From a phage, in NCBI GenBank assembly GCA_012813795.1, contig GCA_012813795.1_4087.1: a DNA stretch of 64,000 nt. One strand, written 5' to 3'. The notes under the pieces were generated by a model. The model saw only the letters and a list, made by a program, of their open reading frames with translations, did no database searches and had not been told where the DNA came from. The position numbers and the translations under genes were made by a program. The first letter of the stretch is position 1. Each line of letters starts with the position of its first letter. Positions 23,575 to 35,050 of this stretch are shown piece after piece.

Positions 23575-24074
23575 TTACGTTGCATCCAATGTGAGCCAGT
23601 CCATACTTTTTTCTTTTCACGTTCTATCTGTCGTTTTTTTAATTCTTCATCCCACAGGATATTGTCATTCAAGAAATAGTCATATAGTTCTTTTAATTTC
23701 AAATTATCAGAAAATGCGGGAAAGTACTTATTATCGCATACCAAGCTCTCTTGGAAATGTGCATCTTCATCTGTGATGTATCGATATGTAAAAATTCTAT
23801 TCGGGTTTGGATAGATACCATTTGTTTCAGAGAAACATTTTCTAAGTAGACTTTTACCAAAATCACAGATAATAGTGTCTTTACGAACAAAATTCCAGCG
23901 AGTAACCATTGTAATTGTTAGAGTTTGATAATTCTGATCTAAGCTTATTCGATGTTCACCATCTTTGTGCTTATAGTGATAAGTGCCCTGTTTTCGAACT
24001 GTTCGTTCAAACTCATTAATATTAATTTTACTTAAAATTTCAGTAATACTTTCCGGTACATGCGTAATGAGCAT
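23571..24074 (-). CDS. hypothetical protein, possible EE-x-FFQ family relative
   Basis: 167 aa; internal DEDAHFQESLVCDNKYF resembles the family motif. Confidence 0.5.
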
Positions 24075-24119
24075 TATTGATCTCCTGTTTAAAACAAAAG
24101 AATAGCATATATATCAGTA

Positions 24120-24302
24120 CTAGTCAATTTTTTTACCTCTAACCGCAAGCTCATAGATGAACCAGCGATTACTATCCTCATCCAAGACAAATGATTTGAA
24201 CTTGTTCTTATCTTTTAAAATATCATAATGACCCTGGCGTACACCAAAGCCAAAATGATCATGTTTGAATTTTAATTCATCTAACCATTCTTGATGTGTC
24301 AT
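24120..24302 (-). CDS. MTHEEW-family small protein
   Basis: Start set at MTHQEWLDELKFKHDHFGFG, ATGA-coupled to upstream paralog. Confidence 0.4.
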   Translation of the reverse strand: MTHQEWLDELKFKHDHFGFGVRQGHYDILKDKNKFKSFVLDEDSNRWFIYELAVRGKKID

Positions 24303-24484
24303 GTGTAACATCCAGTTGTTCGTGCTATAGCGTACATAGTCCCATAGCAATCATAATAGCTAATGATCGAATTGAAATAATCATCACTATCACGTAAAAT
24401 ACTTCCAAGACCACCGAATGCGAAGAAGAAAATATCATTTTCATACAGTTTATCGTTTCTTTTATGCCATTCATCTAGTGTCAT
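24299..24484 (-). CDS. MTHEEW-family small protein (variant MTLDEW)
   Basis: 61-aa ORF MTLDEWHKRNDKLYEND. Confidence 0.35.
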   Translation of the reverse strand: MTLDEWHKRNDKLYENDIFFFAFGGLGSILRDSDDYFNSIISYYDCYGTMYAIARTTGCYT

Positions 24485-24485
24485 T

Positions 24486-24776
24486 TTATTTGTCCAGTAC
24501 TATCAAGTGTTTCATCTCTTCTTCGGTAAAGAATGCACTGTCGTGTACAATAGAACCATTTTCATCTATTACATAGTACAGGTTGCCATATCGTTGGACT
24601 TCAATTCCGTCGATTTCAATTCGTGGAAAATTATGCACAATACTGTCTGCACCGAAAACCTCACCAAAAAAGTTTGATGCTGGATTAATAATAACTTTCA
24701 TATGTACCTCGGAGTAAAAAAAATGAGTACTGCAAGCAGTACTCATAAATAGTTTTATTTTTTGTAAAACAACCAA
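24486..24776 (-). CDS. hypothetical protein
   Basis: 96-aa ORF. Confidence 0.4.
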   Translation of the reverse strand: MVVLQKIKLFMSTACSTHFFYSEVHMKVIINPASNFFGEVFGADSIVHNFPRIEIDGIEVQRYGNLYYVIDENGSIVHDSAFFTEEEMKHLIVLDK

Positions 24777-25105
24777 CCGAATGCACGAACACCAGCATAC
24801 ATAATCATACTACGTGGCTTACCAACTTCAGTAGTACGTAGAGCCTGTAGTAGCACCTTATCACTATCTTTACGGGATAGCATACCAGTACTATACAAGT
24901 AGTCATGTATTGTTGCTGCGGCGTGACCCATATTACCGACTAGTTCAAATATACCACGAATACGTGGGACGCTTGCAAAATCAGTTTTGAAACCTGCGGG
25001 AACAACAATTTTAATACCGTTATACTCGTATTCTAGATCTTCTAGAACTTTCCAACGTTGACCTTCGTTATTAATTAATTCTACTTTAAGATTACTTTTA
25101 AACAT
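24755..25105 (-). CDS. hypothetical protein (DUF1353-like motif)
   Basis: GFKTDFASVPR ... HDYLY resembles a phage-associated domain of unknown function. Confidence 0.4.
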   Translation of the reverse strand: MFKSNLKVELINNEGQRWKVLEDLEYEYNGIKIVVPAGFKTDFASVPRIRGIFELVGNMGHAAATIHDYLYSTGMLSRKDSDKVLLQALRTTEVGKPRSMIMYAGVRAFGWLFYKK

Positions 25106-25156
25106 AGTTACTCCTTAGATTAATCTATAGGTAACTATTTATTTTTTTTGAGAGTA

Positions 25157-25726
25157 TTAATATTCCTCAATTACTTCTAAGAAGGTATCCCATCCAGTAT
25201 AAGTAAAGTGGTCAAAATATTGTTTCTCACCACCGACCATATAAACTTCAATTGTACCATGATCAAATGCATCTTTTGGTTTACGTACAGCAGTTACAAT
25301 TGCTTTATGAGTGAAGTTATTGTAATCAGTGTACAGTACAATATCATTTACTTTAATCGTATCAGGTGTATAGATGGAAGCATTACGATTTAGGTTGTGC
25401 AGATAATGCTCAGCATACTCTTTGTTCTCAATAACACCATATACGTTACCAGGGAAAACCCTGCTACCATTACGTGTTAAGGCCCAGCCAGCCCCAACTT
25501 CTTGCAGTTCGTACACAAAATGTGTACACACTTTATCAACTTCGTGCAGTTCCCAAAAGTCACCATCGAGGTTTGAGAATTTGTAGATAGTATTAAGTTT
25601 TTCTCCTTCAAACGCAAGAAGAGCCACACCAATTTGAACTGTACCATCGTTTAACATAATGTTAAAGAGGTTGTTTGTGTTGAACATACGTTCAGCATTT
25701 TTTGGATTAAACTTCACTAAATTCAT
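25157..25726 (-). CDS. hypothetical protein
   Basis: 189-aa ORF downstream of promoter 25754..25782. Confidence 0.5.
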   Translation of the reverse strand: MNLVKFNPKNAERMFNTNNLFNIMLNDGTVQIGVALLAFEGEKLNTIYKFSNLDGDFWELHEVDKVCTHFVYELQEVGAGWALTRNGSRVFPGNVYGVIENKEYAEHYLHNLNRNASIYTPDTIKVNDIVLYTDYNNFTHKAIVTAVRKPKDAFDHGTIEVYMVGGEKQYFDHFTYTGWDTFLEVIEEY

Positions 25727-25753
25727 TTTATATTCTCCAGTGTTATTGGAACT

Positions 25754-25782
25754 ATTATATCAGTACTGGATAGTACTGTCAA
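25754..25782 (-). promoter_or_regulatory. sigma70-type early promoter
   Basis: TTGACAGTACTATCCAGTACTGATATAAT on minus strand (17-bp spacer). Confidence 0.55.
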
Positions 25783-26171
25783 ATGTTTTTCATAACTTCT
25801 ACAATGAAATCAATTTTATCTTTGAGTTTATAAGGGATACATCCCGCATCACGCTCTAAAGAAGTAATTTTTTGGAACTCGTCTTCGTCTGATTCGGATA
25901 CATAGAATGGACTAGGTATAAATGATTCATCATCTGGAAGCTTCTTTGTTCGGTCAAACAATACTGCTGGGTTCACAAAATAAAATGCATTGATATCTGG
26001 GCGATAATACACACAATCAACCTTATAGTACTGATGTAACCACAAAGACAAAGAATATGTCCTTACATTTCCAATTGGTTTTGAGCCGGAAGCTATGTAA
26101 TTTATATTGTTTTTATCTTGAACCATTTCATAGATGTAATCAATGAGTTTTTGTAAGTCAGTATCAGACAT
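25779..26171 (-). CDS. hypothetical protein
   Basis: 130-aa ORF. Confidence 0.5.
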   Translation of the reverse strand: MSDTDLQKLIDYIYEMVQDKNNINYIASGSKPIGNVRTYSLSLWLHQYYKVDCVYYRPDINAFYFVNPAVLFDRTKKLPDDESFIPSPFYVSESDEDEFQKITSLERDAGCIPYKLKDKIDFIVEVMKNI

Positions 26172-26223
26172 GAATTTTCCTTAAAAAAATACCCAGTATC
26201 TAATTACTGGGTAATATATTTTA

Positions 26224-26367
26224 TTTCTTTTCTGCTTCAGCAAACACTACTAAAATAGATGCACTGAGGTCGTCTACCATTTTAGTACTTTTTTCATCGA
26301 GATTTTTTGCAAGTGCTTGAATCTCTTGAAGTTTTAAAACCAAATCAACTTTCTGTGAACTCATTTT
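26224..26367 (-). CDS. possible small protein (47 aa)
   Basis: Manually translated MSSQKVDLVLKLQEIQALAKNL..., ATGA-coupled to upstream gene. Confidence 0.3.
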
Positions 26368-26663
26368 TAATCTCCTAAGTCTAGATTGATATCACTAATA
26401 TCAAGGATTGTTTTTTGTTTAACAACTTGTGTTACCTGAACTTCTTCAGGGATTTCTCGTTCTTCTGTTACATCTTTCTTCAGAACTTCAGGGATAATTC
26501 CGTGTTGAACATCACAATACATCGAGACTACGGTTTCAGCACAAGAAAGCATTTCGCGAACCTTGTACTGATATCCTTGTGGTAAATCTTTTACTGCGTC
26601 CATTACGTGTAGAAGTCGATTTTGAACTTCAACGAGGACTTTACTTGCTTCATCTGGTAACAT
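26367..26663 (-). CDS. hypothetical protein
   Basis: 98-aa ORF. Confidence 0.45.
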   Translation of the reverse strand: MLPDEASKVLVEVQNRLLHVMDAVKDLPQGYQYKVREMLSCAETVVSMYCDVQHGIIPEVLKKDVTEEREIPEEVQVTQVVKQKTILDISDINLDLGD

Positions 26664-27241
26664 TATAACTCCACGATATCACTATCACGCTTATGCACAT
26701 GATTTGGTGCTGCGTTTTCTGAACTTGGTTTCTTTAACTCGTGTTCAAGTTTTAGAATACGTTTAAATGTATTTAAACTTGGACGTTTCTTATAAAATTC
26801 TTCCTTTCGTTGACCGTAGTAACGATGGATATATCCATAAGCATAGTATTTAGAACCAATCCAGATTTCACCTTCTGAATTAAGAACTTTAACATAACGT
26901 GGATCTGCATGACTAGTGCGATATTGATTTGCTACAAGTGTTGTTTCTTCATCGTTAGGATTGACAAACATAATCGTGTCATCAGATGGTGATAATTTCG
27001 CAATAAGTATTCCAGCTTCAGTCTTATCTAGTAATAGATTAATGGCTGTATCAGCTTCTTTATTATATGACATAGCTGACATAAGAAACTGGAAAGAACG
27101 AAAATATTTAGAACCACTTATGCATGTATTAATAATTAATCCTACCGTTATCAACACCAGAACACTAAGGCATCCAAATAAAAAATAATATTCTACACCC
27201 ATTTTCTTTTTTCCTCTATACTTTTGATTAAAAAGCCCCAT
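26663..27241 (-). CDS. hypothetical membrane protein
   Basis: 192 aa with N-terminal TM segment. Confidence 0.5.
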   Translation of the reverse strand: MGLFNQKYRGKKKMGVEYYFLFGCLSVLVLITVGLIINTCISGSKYFRSFQFLMSAMSYNKEADTAINLLLDKTEAGILIAKLSPSDDTIMFVNPNDEETTLVANQYRTSHADPRYVKVLNSEGEIWIGSKYYAYGYIHRYYGQRKEEFYKKRPSLNTFKRILKLEHELKKPSSENAAPNHVHKRDSDIVEL

Positions 27242-27267
27242 CCATATGGACAGGGCATAAACCCTAA

Positions 27268-27477
27268 TTACTTACGATTTGCTTTACGCAGTTCGTGTAG
27301 TTCTTCTTGGAGATTTTTCTTCCAAGTGATGAGATGAGCGAACATGATTGGCTTAGCACCAGTACCGTGGAATTGAGCAAGTGCTTCTTCCGCTTGGTGA
27401 ATTTGGAACTGAATGTAGTTTACAGTGCGGTCAAAATCAGTTACGTCTAGTACTTGTGCTTTAATTTCTTGTGCCAT
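27268..27477 (-). CDS. hypothetical protein
   Basis: 69-aa helical ORF. Confidence 0.4.
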   Translation of the reverse strand: MAQEIKAQVLDVTDFDRTVNYIQFQIHQAEEALAQFHGTGAKPIMFAHLITWKKNLQEELHELRKANRK

Positions 27478-27596
27478 TGTTAATACCCTTTTATTTCTTT
27501 TTTATAGAACCCTCAATCATTGAGGAAGTGATTTGCATTTTAACATCTGCCGATGAAAACATTATATCATTGGATTCGAAATTGTTCCACAACTTC

Positions 27597-27893
27597 TTAA
27601 GAATTTTTTAGAACAATCTCAACTACAGGTAAATCAGTGTTATTTGATTCTTGTTCATTGTAACCGTTACTGATAAGAACGTCAATAACTTTTTTAGAAT
27701 CAATTGTGAAACTTTCCAACTCAGTATAACGGTAATACCCGATAGTCTGGCTGAACTCGTACTCACCTGGACGTTGACGGCAACACGTTTGGGTTGCTGA
27801 CATGATATTATTAATTAGATAATATGATTCAGTACTTTCACATGTTGGTACATAGAACTTATTATCAAAAACTAGAACTTCATGTTTATTCAT
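27597..27893 (-). CDS. hypothetical protein
   Basis: 98-aa ORF. Confidence 0.45.
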   Translation of the reverse strand: MNKHEVLVFDNKFYVPTCESTESYYLINNIMSATQTCCRQRPGEYEFSQTIGYYRYTELESFTIDSKKVIDVLISNGYNEQESNNTDLPVVEIVLKNS

Positions 27894-28161
27894 ACATTGA
27901 TCTCAGTTCAGATAGTAAACGCTCAGTGATTTCTTTTTGAATTCCAGTAATCTCACTATTCAGACATGATAGACGCTTGGACAGTGCTGAAAATTGTTTA
28001 GCATCTTCTTTAGAACGTTCGTTACGAACTTTATCTGAACTCCAGTTGGCATAGGATTGTTCATCCTTGCGGTTAAGAATATCCCAATCCAGACGAACAA
28101 TGCGGCGTTCTTCACGGAGTTTAGATAGGCGTTCTTTCAGTACTTCTGTTGATTCGGTCAT
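27886..28161 (-). CDS. hypothetical coiled-coil protein
   Basis: Start set at internal Met MTESTEVLKERL to avoid overlap with 28172..28435. Confidence 0.4.
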   Translation of the reverse strand: MTESTEVLKERLSKLREERRIVRLDWDILNRKDEQSYANWSSDKVRNERSKEDAKQFSALSKRLSCLNSEITGIQKEITERLLSELRSMYE

Positions 28162-28171
28162 TCGCTTTCCC

Positions 28172-28435
28172 TTATTGAAGATTGACGATGTGAGGATTAT
28201 ACTCAACATAACCATTCTTTGCAAGAAGTTTTTTAATATCAGCATCTGTGGTAATATATTCTTCTGGATTGCGTGATTGAACGTCAACACGCTTAACAAA
28301 CGGTTCCTTAGTACTGATATCTCTCTTCAACCCTTGAATGCGTTGTAACATATCCAGAGGGTCTGGACTGAATTCATTACCAACATAAAGAGTGCTTTGA
28401 TGTTCACTGCCATATACGTATTCTAAAATTTTCAT
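28172..28435 (-). CDS. hypothetical protein
   Basis: 87-aa ORF. Confidence 0.45.
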   Translation of the reverse strand: MKILEYVYGSEHQSTLYVGNEFSPDPLDMLQRIQGLKRDISTKEPFVKRVDVQSRNPEEYITTDADIKKLLAKNGYVEYNPHIVNLQ

Positions 28436-29250
28436 CGCTTATCCTCGTCAGTTACACCTTGTACTGGGAAGTACAAATCACAGTCATCTTTAGGGTTGAT
28501 TACTCTATATTGTTTAACGAGTATATCATTTACACCGCTGTTGTCAATGATTAAATCCATCACCTGATTCCATTTCTGTAGATCAACCACTGATATGTTT
28601 TTACGGTACAAATCATGCCCTTTACAATGAACAAACCCAATAACTTCACTGTTGTATTTGATACATACTGTGATTTCACCTTCAACTATGTTATTAAAAT
28701 TATAATACGATTTATCATATATAAGGTAACTTTCAAGGGCCGTACATTCAGATACAGCATCAGCAAGCATGTCTGCTATTTCAATTGAAATCTCACGATC
28801 CAAATGTTCTTCTACACAGTACTGTATTGTACCAAATACATCCTCCCCGACAGATGGTGCATTGATAGCGACTTTAAGTGGTGCTGGCTTTATATAAAGT
28901 TTTGGAAACTCATCAGTACTAATGAATACAGCATCACATATGTTATGTACAATCTCTGCATATGGAGTATACAGATAGAAAACATTAGTCTCATGTACAT
29001 CTGTTTCAATCCATACGTCCGAATCAGACAATTCACTTTTATTCAGTACACGATTTGTGAATCCAATGTGAAGACAATCGTGTTCTTCCTCGTTATTAAT
29101 TTTAATAGGACAAAACATGATGTAAGGATAACGTTTTAAGTACCCGTTAAATTTACGGCGTACATCACGGTCGCAATTCATCAAGTACTTTGTTAAGTTA
29201 TCTTTTAATATCTTTTCAATACTCATTATCCGATTTCTCATCTTGCTCAT
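28432..29250 (-). CDS. hypothetical protein
   Basis: 272-aa ORF. Confidence 0.5.
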   Translation of the reverse strand: MSKMRNRIMSIEKILKDNLTKYLMNCDRDVRRKFNGYLKRYPYIMFCPIKINNEEEHDCLHIGFTNRVLNKSELSDSDVWIETDVHETNVFYLYTPYAEIVHNICDAVFISTDEFPKLYIKPAPLKVAINAPSVGEDVFGTIQYCVEEHLDREISIEIADMLADAVSECTALESYLIYDKSYYNFNNIVEGEITVCIKYNSEVIGFVHCKGHDLYRKNISVVDLQKWNQVMDLIIDNSGVNDILVKQYRVINPKDDCDLYFPVQGVTDEDKR

Positions 29251-29470
29251 ATGGACTTTTGCGGTTCATCACCCAAACAACAAATAGTAACCAAATCACA
29301 AAACCTAATATACGCAATGCAAAGTCAATATCAGTGTTAGTTCCACCATTATATTGGTAAATGATGGATGGAATCAAAGCAACTACAATTGTGATTAAGG
29401 TCATAAGAGCGAATACAACACCTTCAACGATGATTTTCACTTGTTCCCATATAGTTTTAAGATGTTCCAT
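29216..29470 (-). CDS. hypothetical membrane protein
   Basis: 84 aa with two hydrophobic helices. Confidence 0.45.
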   Translation of the reverse strand: MEHLKTIWEQVKIIVEGVVFALMTLITIVVALIPSIIYQYNGGTNTDIDFALRILGFVIWLLFVVWVMNRKSPYEQDEKSDNEY

Positions 29471-30036
29471 TACATGTCCTCTGAACCGATTCTAACCAAT
29501 TTCTGTTCATTATAGAAATCGCAGAAATCACCTTTCATGTATTTGATTTTAAGATTGCGTGTGCCTACCAGACGACGCAAACGACGCTTAACTGCACTCA
29601 GATCAGTTGAGAAGTTAAGATACATACCACCGACTTTACCTGGTACATCTGGTACGTACAGGTAATATGCATATTCCATTACCAGTCGTTGCTGGAACTG
29701 TTTCAGTGCAGCTTTGTATTCATCGAGGTTTTCAAAAAACACAGCATAGCATTCGGATTTACCCCACGGTGTACGTTTAAACATGCGGAAGTATTCATAA
29801 TTATCCCAATTCTCTTCTGTTGGATTGGGATTCACACATTCCAATGATGCGTCGGATTGACCACCTGATTTCCAAACTTCTTTCAAACCATTTTCAAAAA
29901 CAAAAAGAGTTGCCTCTTTACCACGGAAATGTTTTCTGTGCTTAGATAGTACTTGAATATGATTGCGTTTATGGTGATACATTTCATGTCCAATGTATTC
30001 ATCACTGTATTCACAAATCTTTTCACATCCAGCCAT
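29470..30036 (-). CDS. hypothetical protein
   Basis: 188-aa ORF. Confidence 0.5.
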   Translation of the reverse strand: MAGCEKICEYSDEYIGHEMYHHKRNHIQVLSKHRKHFRGKEATLFVFENGLKEVWKSGGQSDASLECVNPNPTEENWDNYEYFRMFKRTPWGKSECYAVFFENLDEYKAALKQFQQRLVMEYAYYLYVPDVPGKVGGMYLNFSTDLSAVKRRLRRLVGTRNLKIKYMKGDFCDFYNEQKLVRIGSEDM

Positions 30037-30059
30037 TTTTATTTTACCTTTTTGTTTAA

Positions 30060-30260
30060 TTAAAAGACGAGAGTATTATCACACACTCTCGATATATTGT
30101 CAATCTTCTTTTTTGACTTCTTCATGTAACCCGTATCGTGGGTCATATCGGTCATAAGTAGTACCGTTAGTACTGGCCTTAATGCTTTCAGTACGATTGA
30201 TTGGTTCAATCGATACACCACGATAACCAATCTCTTCTTTGAACTGTTTCCAGGATTCAC
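30060..30260 (-). CDS. hypothetical protein
   Basis: 66-aa ORF. Confidence 0.35.
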   Translation of the reverse strand: MNPGNSSKKRLVIVVYRLNQSIVLKALRPVLTVLLMTDMTHDTGYMKKSKKKIDNISRVCDNTLVF

Positions 30261-30428
30261 TCAGACTCATTTTGTCCCCTTATTATTTCATACACTCGCG
30301 TAGATCAATCTTTTCAACTGAACCACCAAGTACTAGATAGTAAAAATTAGAATCTTTATTAGCCATATTCAGAAGATCTGCTTTCTGTTGAAGTGTAAAG
30401 CGTGATGTACTGTTACGCACTGGCATAG

Positions 30429-30868
30429 TTACTCCTTAAAGTAGATATCACGAATTTGTTTAATCATCTCTAACTCTTGAAGTCCTATCATACCAAAGTC
30501 TTCTTGTATTGTCAACTGCTGAAAGTACATTTCTTCTAAATTATTGTACGGAATCCCAACAAGATTCAAAGGCTCACTTTCCACACGATATATTGTATCT
30601 TCTACGTCATGCTTTTCAATGTGAATACTAAATGTATCTTTTTGAATTCTAAATTTATAAAATGTTTGATTTGATGTAAACAATCCAACTTTAGGATGGA
30701 ATCCCATTTGAATACACAAACAATCTTCATCGTTATATTTCAGGTATATAGTTTTTGACGTTGCCAGTACTTTAGACTTTGGGTAGTAAAAGTCCCCCAT
30801 CTCCTTCTGGCGTAGCCAATCATTATAAACTACCGGATGTTTAACTTTCTTTAATTGGTGCAGTACTG

Positions 30869-30884
<16 letters not shown>
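30429..30884 (-). CDS. EE-x-FFQ motif family protein
   Basis: C-terminal NLEEMYFQQLTIQEDFGMIGLQEL. Confidence 0.5.
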
Positions 30885-32257
<1,373 letters not shown>

Positions 32258-32272
32258 TTGTGCCTCTGATGG

Positions 32273-34171
32273 TTAAAAGAATATATCACGTAGTAAATGT
32301 TCTATAACAGGTGCTGTCCAGCCATTACCAAGCATTTTGTACGCTTGTGTTGAACTACTAACTTTGAAGTAGTTTACATCAATTCCTTGCAACATGCAAC
32401 ACTCTTGTACTGTTAAATGACGATAGTCCACATTTCGTTTACCCTTCTCAATCAGGAAGTTCCTGTTGATATCAGGGTCTTTGAAAACGATTTGTCTTCT
32501 TGACTTATTGAAGTACTGATTCGGATCTCCACCCTTGAAGTAGTTTGCGTCAATGCAATATGATTTATCACGATCAGTATACCAATTACCAGTTAGTATA
32601 TCTTGTAATTTTGGTGCTAAAATAAGAGGTTTTGGAATAAACAACTTATCCGAGCTATACCAGTAGTAACGTTGGCGATAATGTGCTGTATAATTTTGTG
32701 AATTTATCAAAATTGGTGTCATTTCCAACACGCCATTGATATAATCCTTGAAATCTTCCTTCATCTTAACATTCTCAAAAAGAACTTTCAAGTTAGGATT
32801 GAGACTTTTTATGTGCTGGTAAATATCAACCATTGTATGGAATAACATACCACGAGGATCATTCACACCGCCTTGTTTCCCAGCAACTGACCACGCTTGG
32901 CAGTTATGAACTACAATATTGTTCGCCGTATATGTGTTATCTACTGCAACTTCAATATTGTAAACGGTTTTCCATTCTCCGGTTGTGGTGTTCGATTTAA
33001 CACCTTTTACCCATGAATATGACCCATCATCATAGAATGCTTCATCTTTTCGGTGCTTTTCTTTTTTGTATGTTAATACGTAATACGGCTTCTGATTAAC
33101 AACACGTTCTTCTATAACTTTTGTTTCAGACGGTTTAAAGTATGTTATGTTAGAATGACGACCATACACATTCATAATTAGTTGTTGTATACCAAGAATA
33201 ACATTCTTTGATGTTGATGTAAATTTTAAACAATCATCTTTCTTGTCATGGTGACCATCTGCGTCAAAATAACCATCAATGAATGCTTTCTGATTAGCGA
33301 TACTTTCAGTGAAAAGTGTGGGGTGTACTTGTTTATTTGAAGCACCCTTACCCATTTGTTCACAAAATTCAACTAGTTCTTTTGAACAAATATAGAATTT
33401 ATAAGATGTTCTTTCTTTAACAAAATTATATTTCATATTCATACCATCAAAACATGAAACCAATTCATCAAATTCATCATGAGCACAGCAAATAAAAACA
33501 CGATATTGATAACTATTTTTTCTATTTTGTCGTTTTACTTTGTAAGTCCATCCATCACCCATAAATCTACCCATGAAATACCAAAAGCTTTCACTCTTGT
33601 TATGTTGAAAATTCACATTACAACGAACATTACATATAGCATGTTCTTCTGTGAGTTCATGTGCATCGATCCATGTAGGTTCTGTATATTCACGAACATA
33701 TTGTCGTTTTTCATTATCCCACTTCTTGCTCATTTTTCTCGCATAAAATGGATGATTATCAGTGCATTCAATTGGTATATGTCCCTGACCTGTGATGATT
33801 CTTGTTGGTGCAATCTTGCTACCAATACTCAATACTTTTTGGTATTGTCCAGTGTGTGTAAGAACCATATCACCAATTTTTATATCTTTTATATCTTTAT
33901 GACCTTCATTTGTCATGATCATGGTTCCTGCTGGGAAGCAAGGAAAACCACCCATCAGAAGATCTATCTTGTCCCATTCGATATCCCATTCTTTCCATCT
34001 AGTTACATCACCCAATTGGATGATATCAGGAAAGTTAGCCTGGGATTCAGCTATAGCAAATTTATCAATTTCAGATGAGTAGTACTTTTCAACTGGTATT
34101 CCTGCACTTTGCAAGGCCATATACCCAACACTCATCCCATTGAATAGTGATAGTACACGTATCGGTTCCAT
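32273..34171 (-). CDS. DNA (cytosine-5)-methyltransferase interrupted by an in-frame intein
   Basis: Motif I LFNGMSVG, then GGFP | intein | CQAWSVAG restores the catalytic PCQ motif; ENV motif follows. Confidence 0.85.
   Translation of the reverse strand: MEPIRVLSLFNGMSVGYMALQSAGIPVEKYYSSEIDKFAIAESQANFPDIIQLGDVTRWKEWDIEWDKIDLLMGGFPCFPAGTMIMTNEGHKDIKDIKIGDMVLTHTGQYQKVLSIGSKIAPTRIITGQGHIPIECTDNHPFYARKMSKKWDNEKRQYVREYTEPTWIDAHELTEEHAICNVRCNVNFQHNKSESFWYFMGRFMGDGWTYKVKRQNRKNSYQYRVFICCAHDEFDELVSCFDGMNMKYNFVKERTSYKFYICSKELVEFCEQMGKGASNKQVHPTLFTESIANQKAFIDGYFDADGHHDKKDDCLKFTSTSKNVILGIQQLIMNVYGRHSNITYFKPSETKVIEERVVNQKPYYVLTYKKEKHRKDEAFYDDGSYSWVKGVKSNTTTGEWKTVYNIEVAVDNTYTANNIVVHNCQAWSVAGKQGGVNDPRGMLFHTMVDIYQHIKSLNPNLKVLFENVKMKEDFKDYINGVLEMTPILINSQNYTAHYRQRYYWYSSDKLFIPKPLILAPKLQDILTGNWYTDRDKSYCIDANYFKGGDPNQYFNKSRRQIVFKDPDINRNFLIEKGKRNVDYRHLTVQECCMLQGIDVNYFKVSSSTQAYKMLGNGWTAPVIEHLLRDIFF
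32903..33940 (-). mobile_element. intein with LAGLIDADG homing-endonuclease domain (residues 78-423 of the methyltransferase ORF)
   Basis: Starts with Cys (CFPAGTMIM), TDNHPF block, two LAGLIDADG-like motifs (FMGRFMGDGW, AFIDGYFDADGH), ends VVHN then extein Cys. Confidence 0.8.
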
Positions 34172-34370
34172 CTATAATCCTTTATAAAATAAAATACTGG
34201 ACGAATATTCGCCCAGTATTGTCCTTTTTAATACTATTTAAAACTTATGTGGATTTCTCTTTTTAAGACCATCCAGTACATCAGTAGGTAGAATTTCACG
34301 GAATGACCCCACTGGGATAAGGATCATTACATATTTCAATTGGAGTTTCCTCGTTGTATAAGATTGATTA

Positions 34371-34399
34371 ATTGTATAATATTATTGCTCCATTGTCAA
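34371..34399 (-). promoter_or_regulatory. sigma70-type promoter upstream of methyltransferase gene
   Basis: TTGACA-N17-TACAAT on minus strand; a second TTGACG-N17-TATAAT lies at 34443..34471. Confidence 0.45.
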
Positions 34400-34457
34400 G
34401 CAAAATATAATTCCTTATACATTCTTTCTCTCTGATACAAACATTATATCTCCTAAT

Positions 34458-34748
34458 TTAGAAATCGTCAATACTTTTTTCTTGACACCATCGGGCAGTA
34501 CAGATGATTGCCGATGCAAGGATTGAAGCACTAGCACGACCACCGCCTAATATGTACTGACTGACCACACCAATCATATTGAACACTTTATCACTCTCGG
34601 ACAGTTGTTCAAAATCCTTTTTCCAAAATTCATATTCTTCGTCTGAAACTTCAAATTCACTACCCATATCATTTAAAATCTTTTTTAGTACTGCACTATG
34701 TTCACTCATCTTTATCACCATAACGTTCGTCGTAGTAATCATCATCAC
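34458..34748 (-). CDS. hypothetical protein
   Basis: 96-aa ORF. Confidence 0.45.
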   Translation of the reverse strand: MMMITTTNVMVIKMSEHSAVLKKILNDMGSEFEVSDEEYEFWKKDFEQLSESDKVFNMIGVVSQYILGGGRASASILASAIICTARWCQEKSIDDF

Positions 34749-34785
34749 GGTCTAATGGTTCTTTTGGTTTTTCGCTCATATTTCC

Positions 34786-35046
34786 TCACATGGTAAACGT
34801 GTTATCACCATCCATGTCTTCATCAGTTGCTTCTGCTAAGGTCTTGATAGTTAATAATCCACGCTTCACATACAACATGAAAACCTTTTCATAATTACCA
34901 AACATGATTTCCGGTGACATGTAATTTTCTGTTACAATGACAATTGGTCGCCCCTGTGTCAGCATACGAAACATAGTGCGATATTTGTCAAATGTACGGA
35001 ATTCATCCATGTTCATCATGTGGCGTTTACGAACTACTGTAGTCAC
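34786..35046 (-). CDS. hypothetical protein
   Basis: 86-aa ORF. Confidence 0.45.
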   Translation of the reverse strand: MTTVVRKRHMMNMDEFRTFDKYRTMFRMLTQGRPIVIVTENYMSPEIMFGNYEKVFMLYVKRGLLTIKTLAEATDEDMDGDNTFTM

Positions 35047-35050
35047 TGTG

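Noticed and set aside
33479-34078. Plus-strand ORFs of 60-200 aa overlapping minus-strand genes (for example 33479..34078, 45567..46001, 58957..59310, 56083..56427)
   Set aside because: They lie antisense to long motif-bearing genes, are low-complexity and lack upstream RBS; treated as shadow ORFs.
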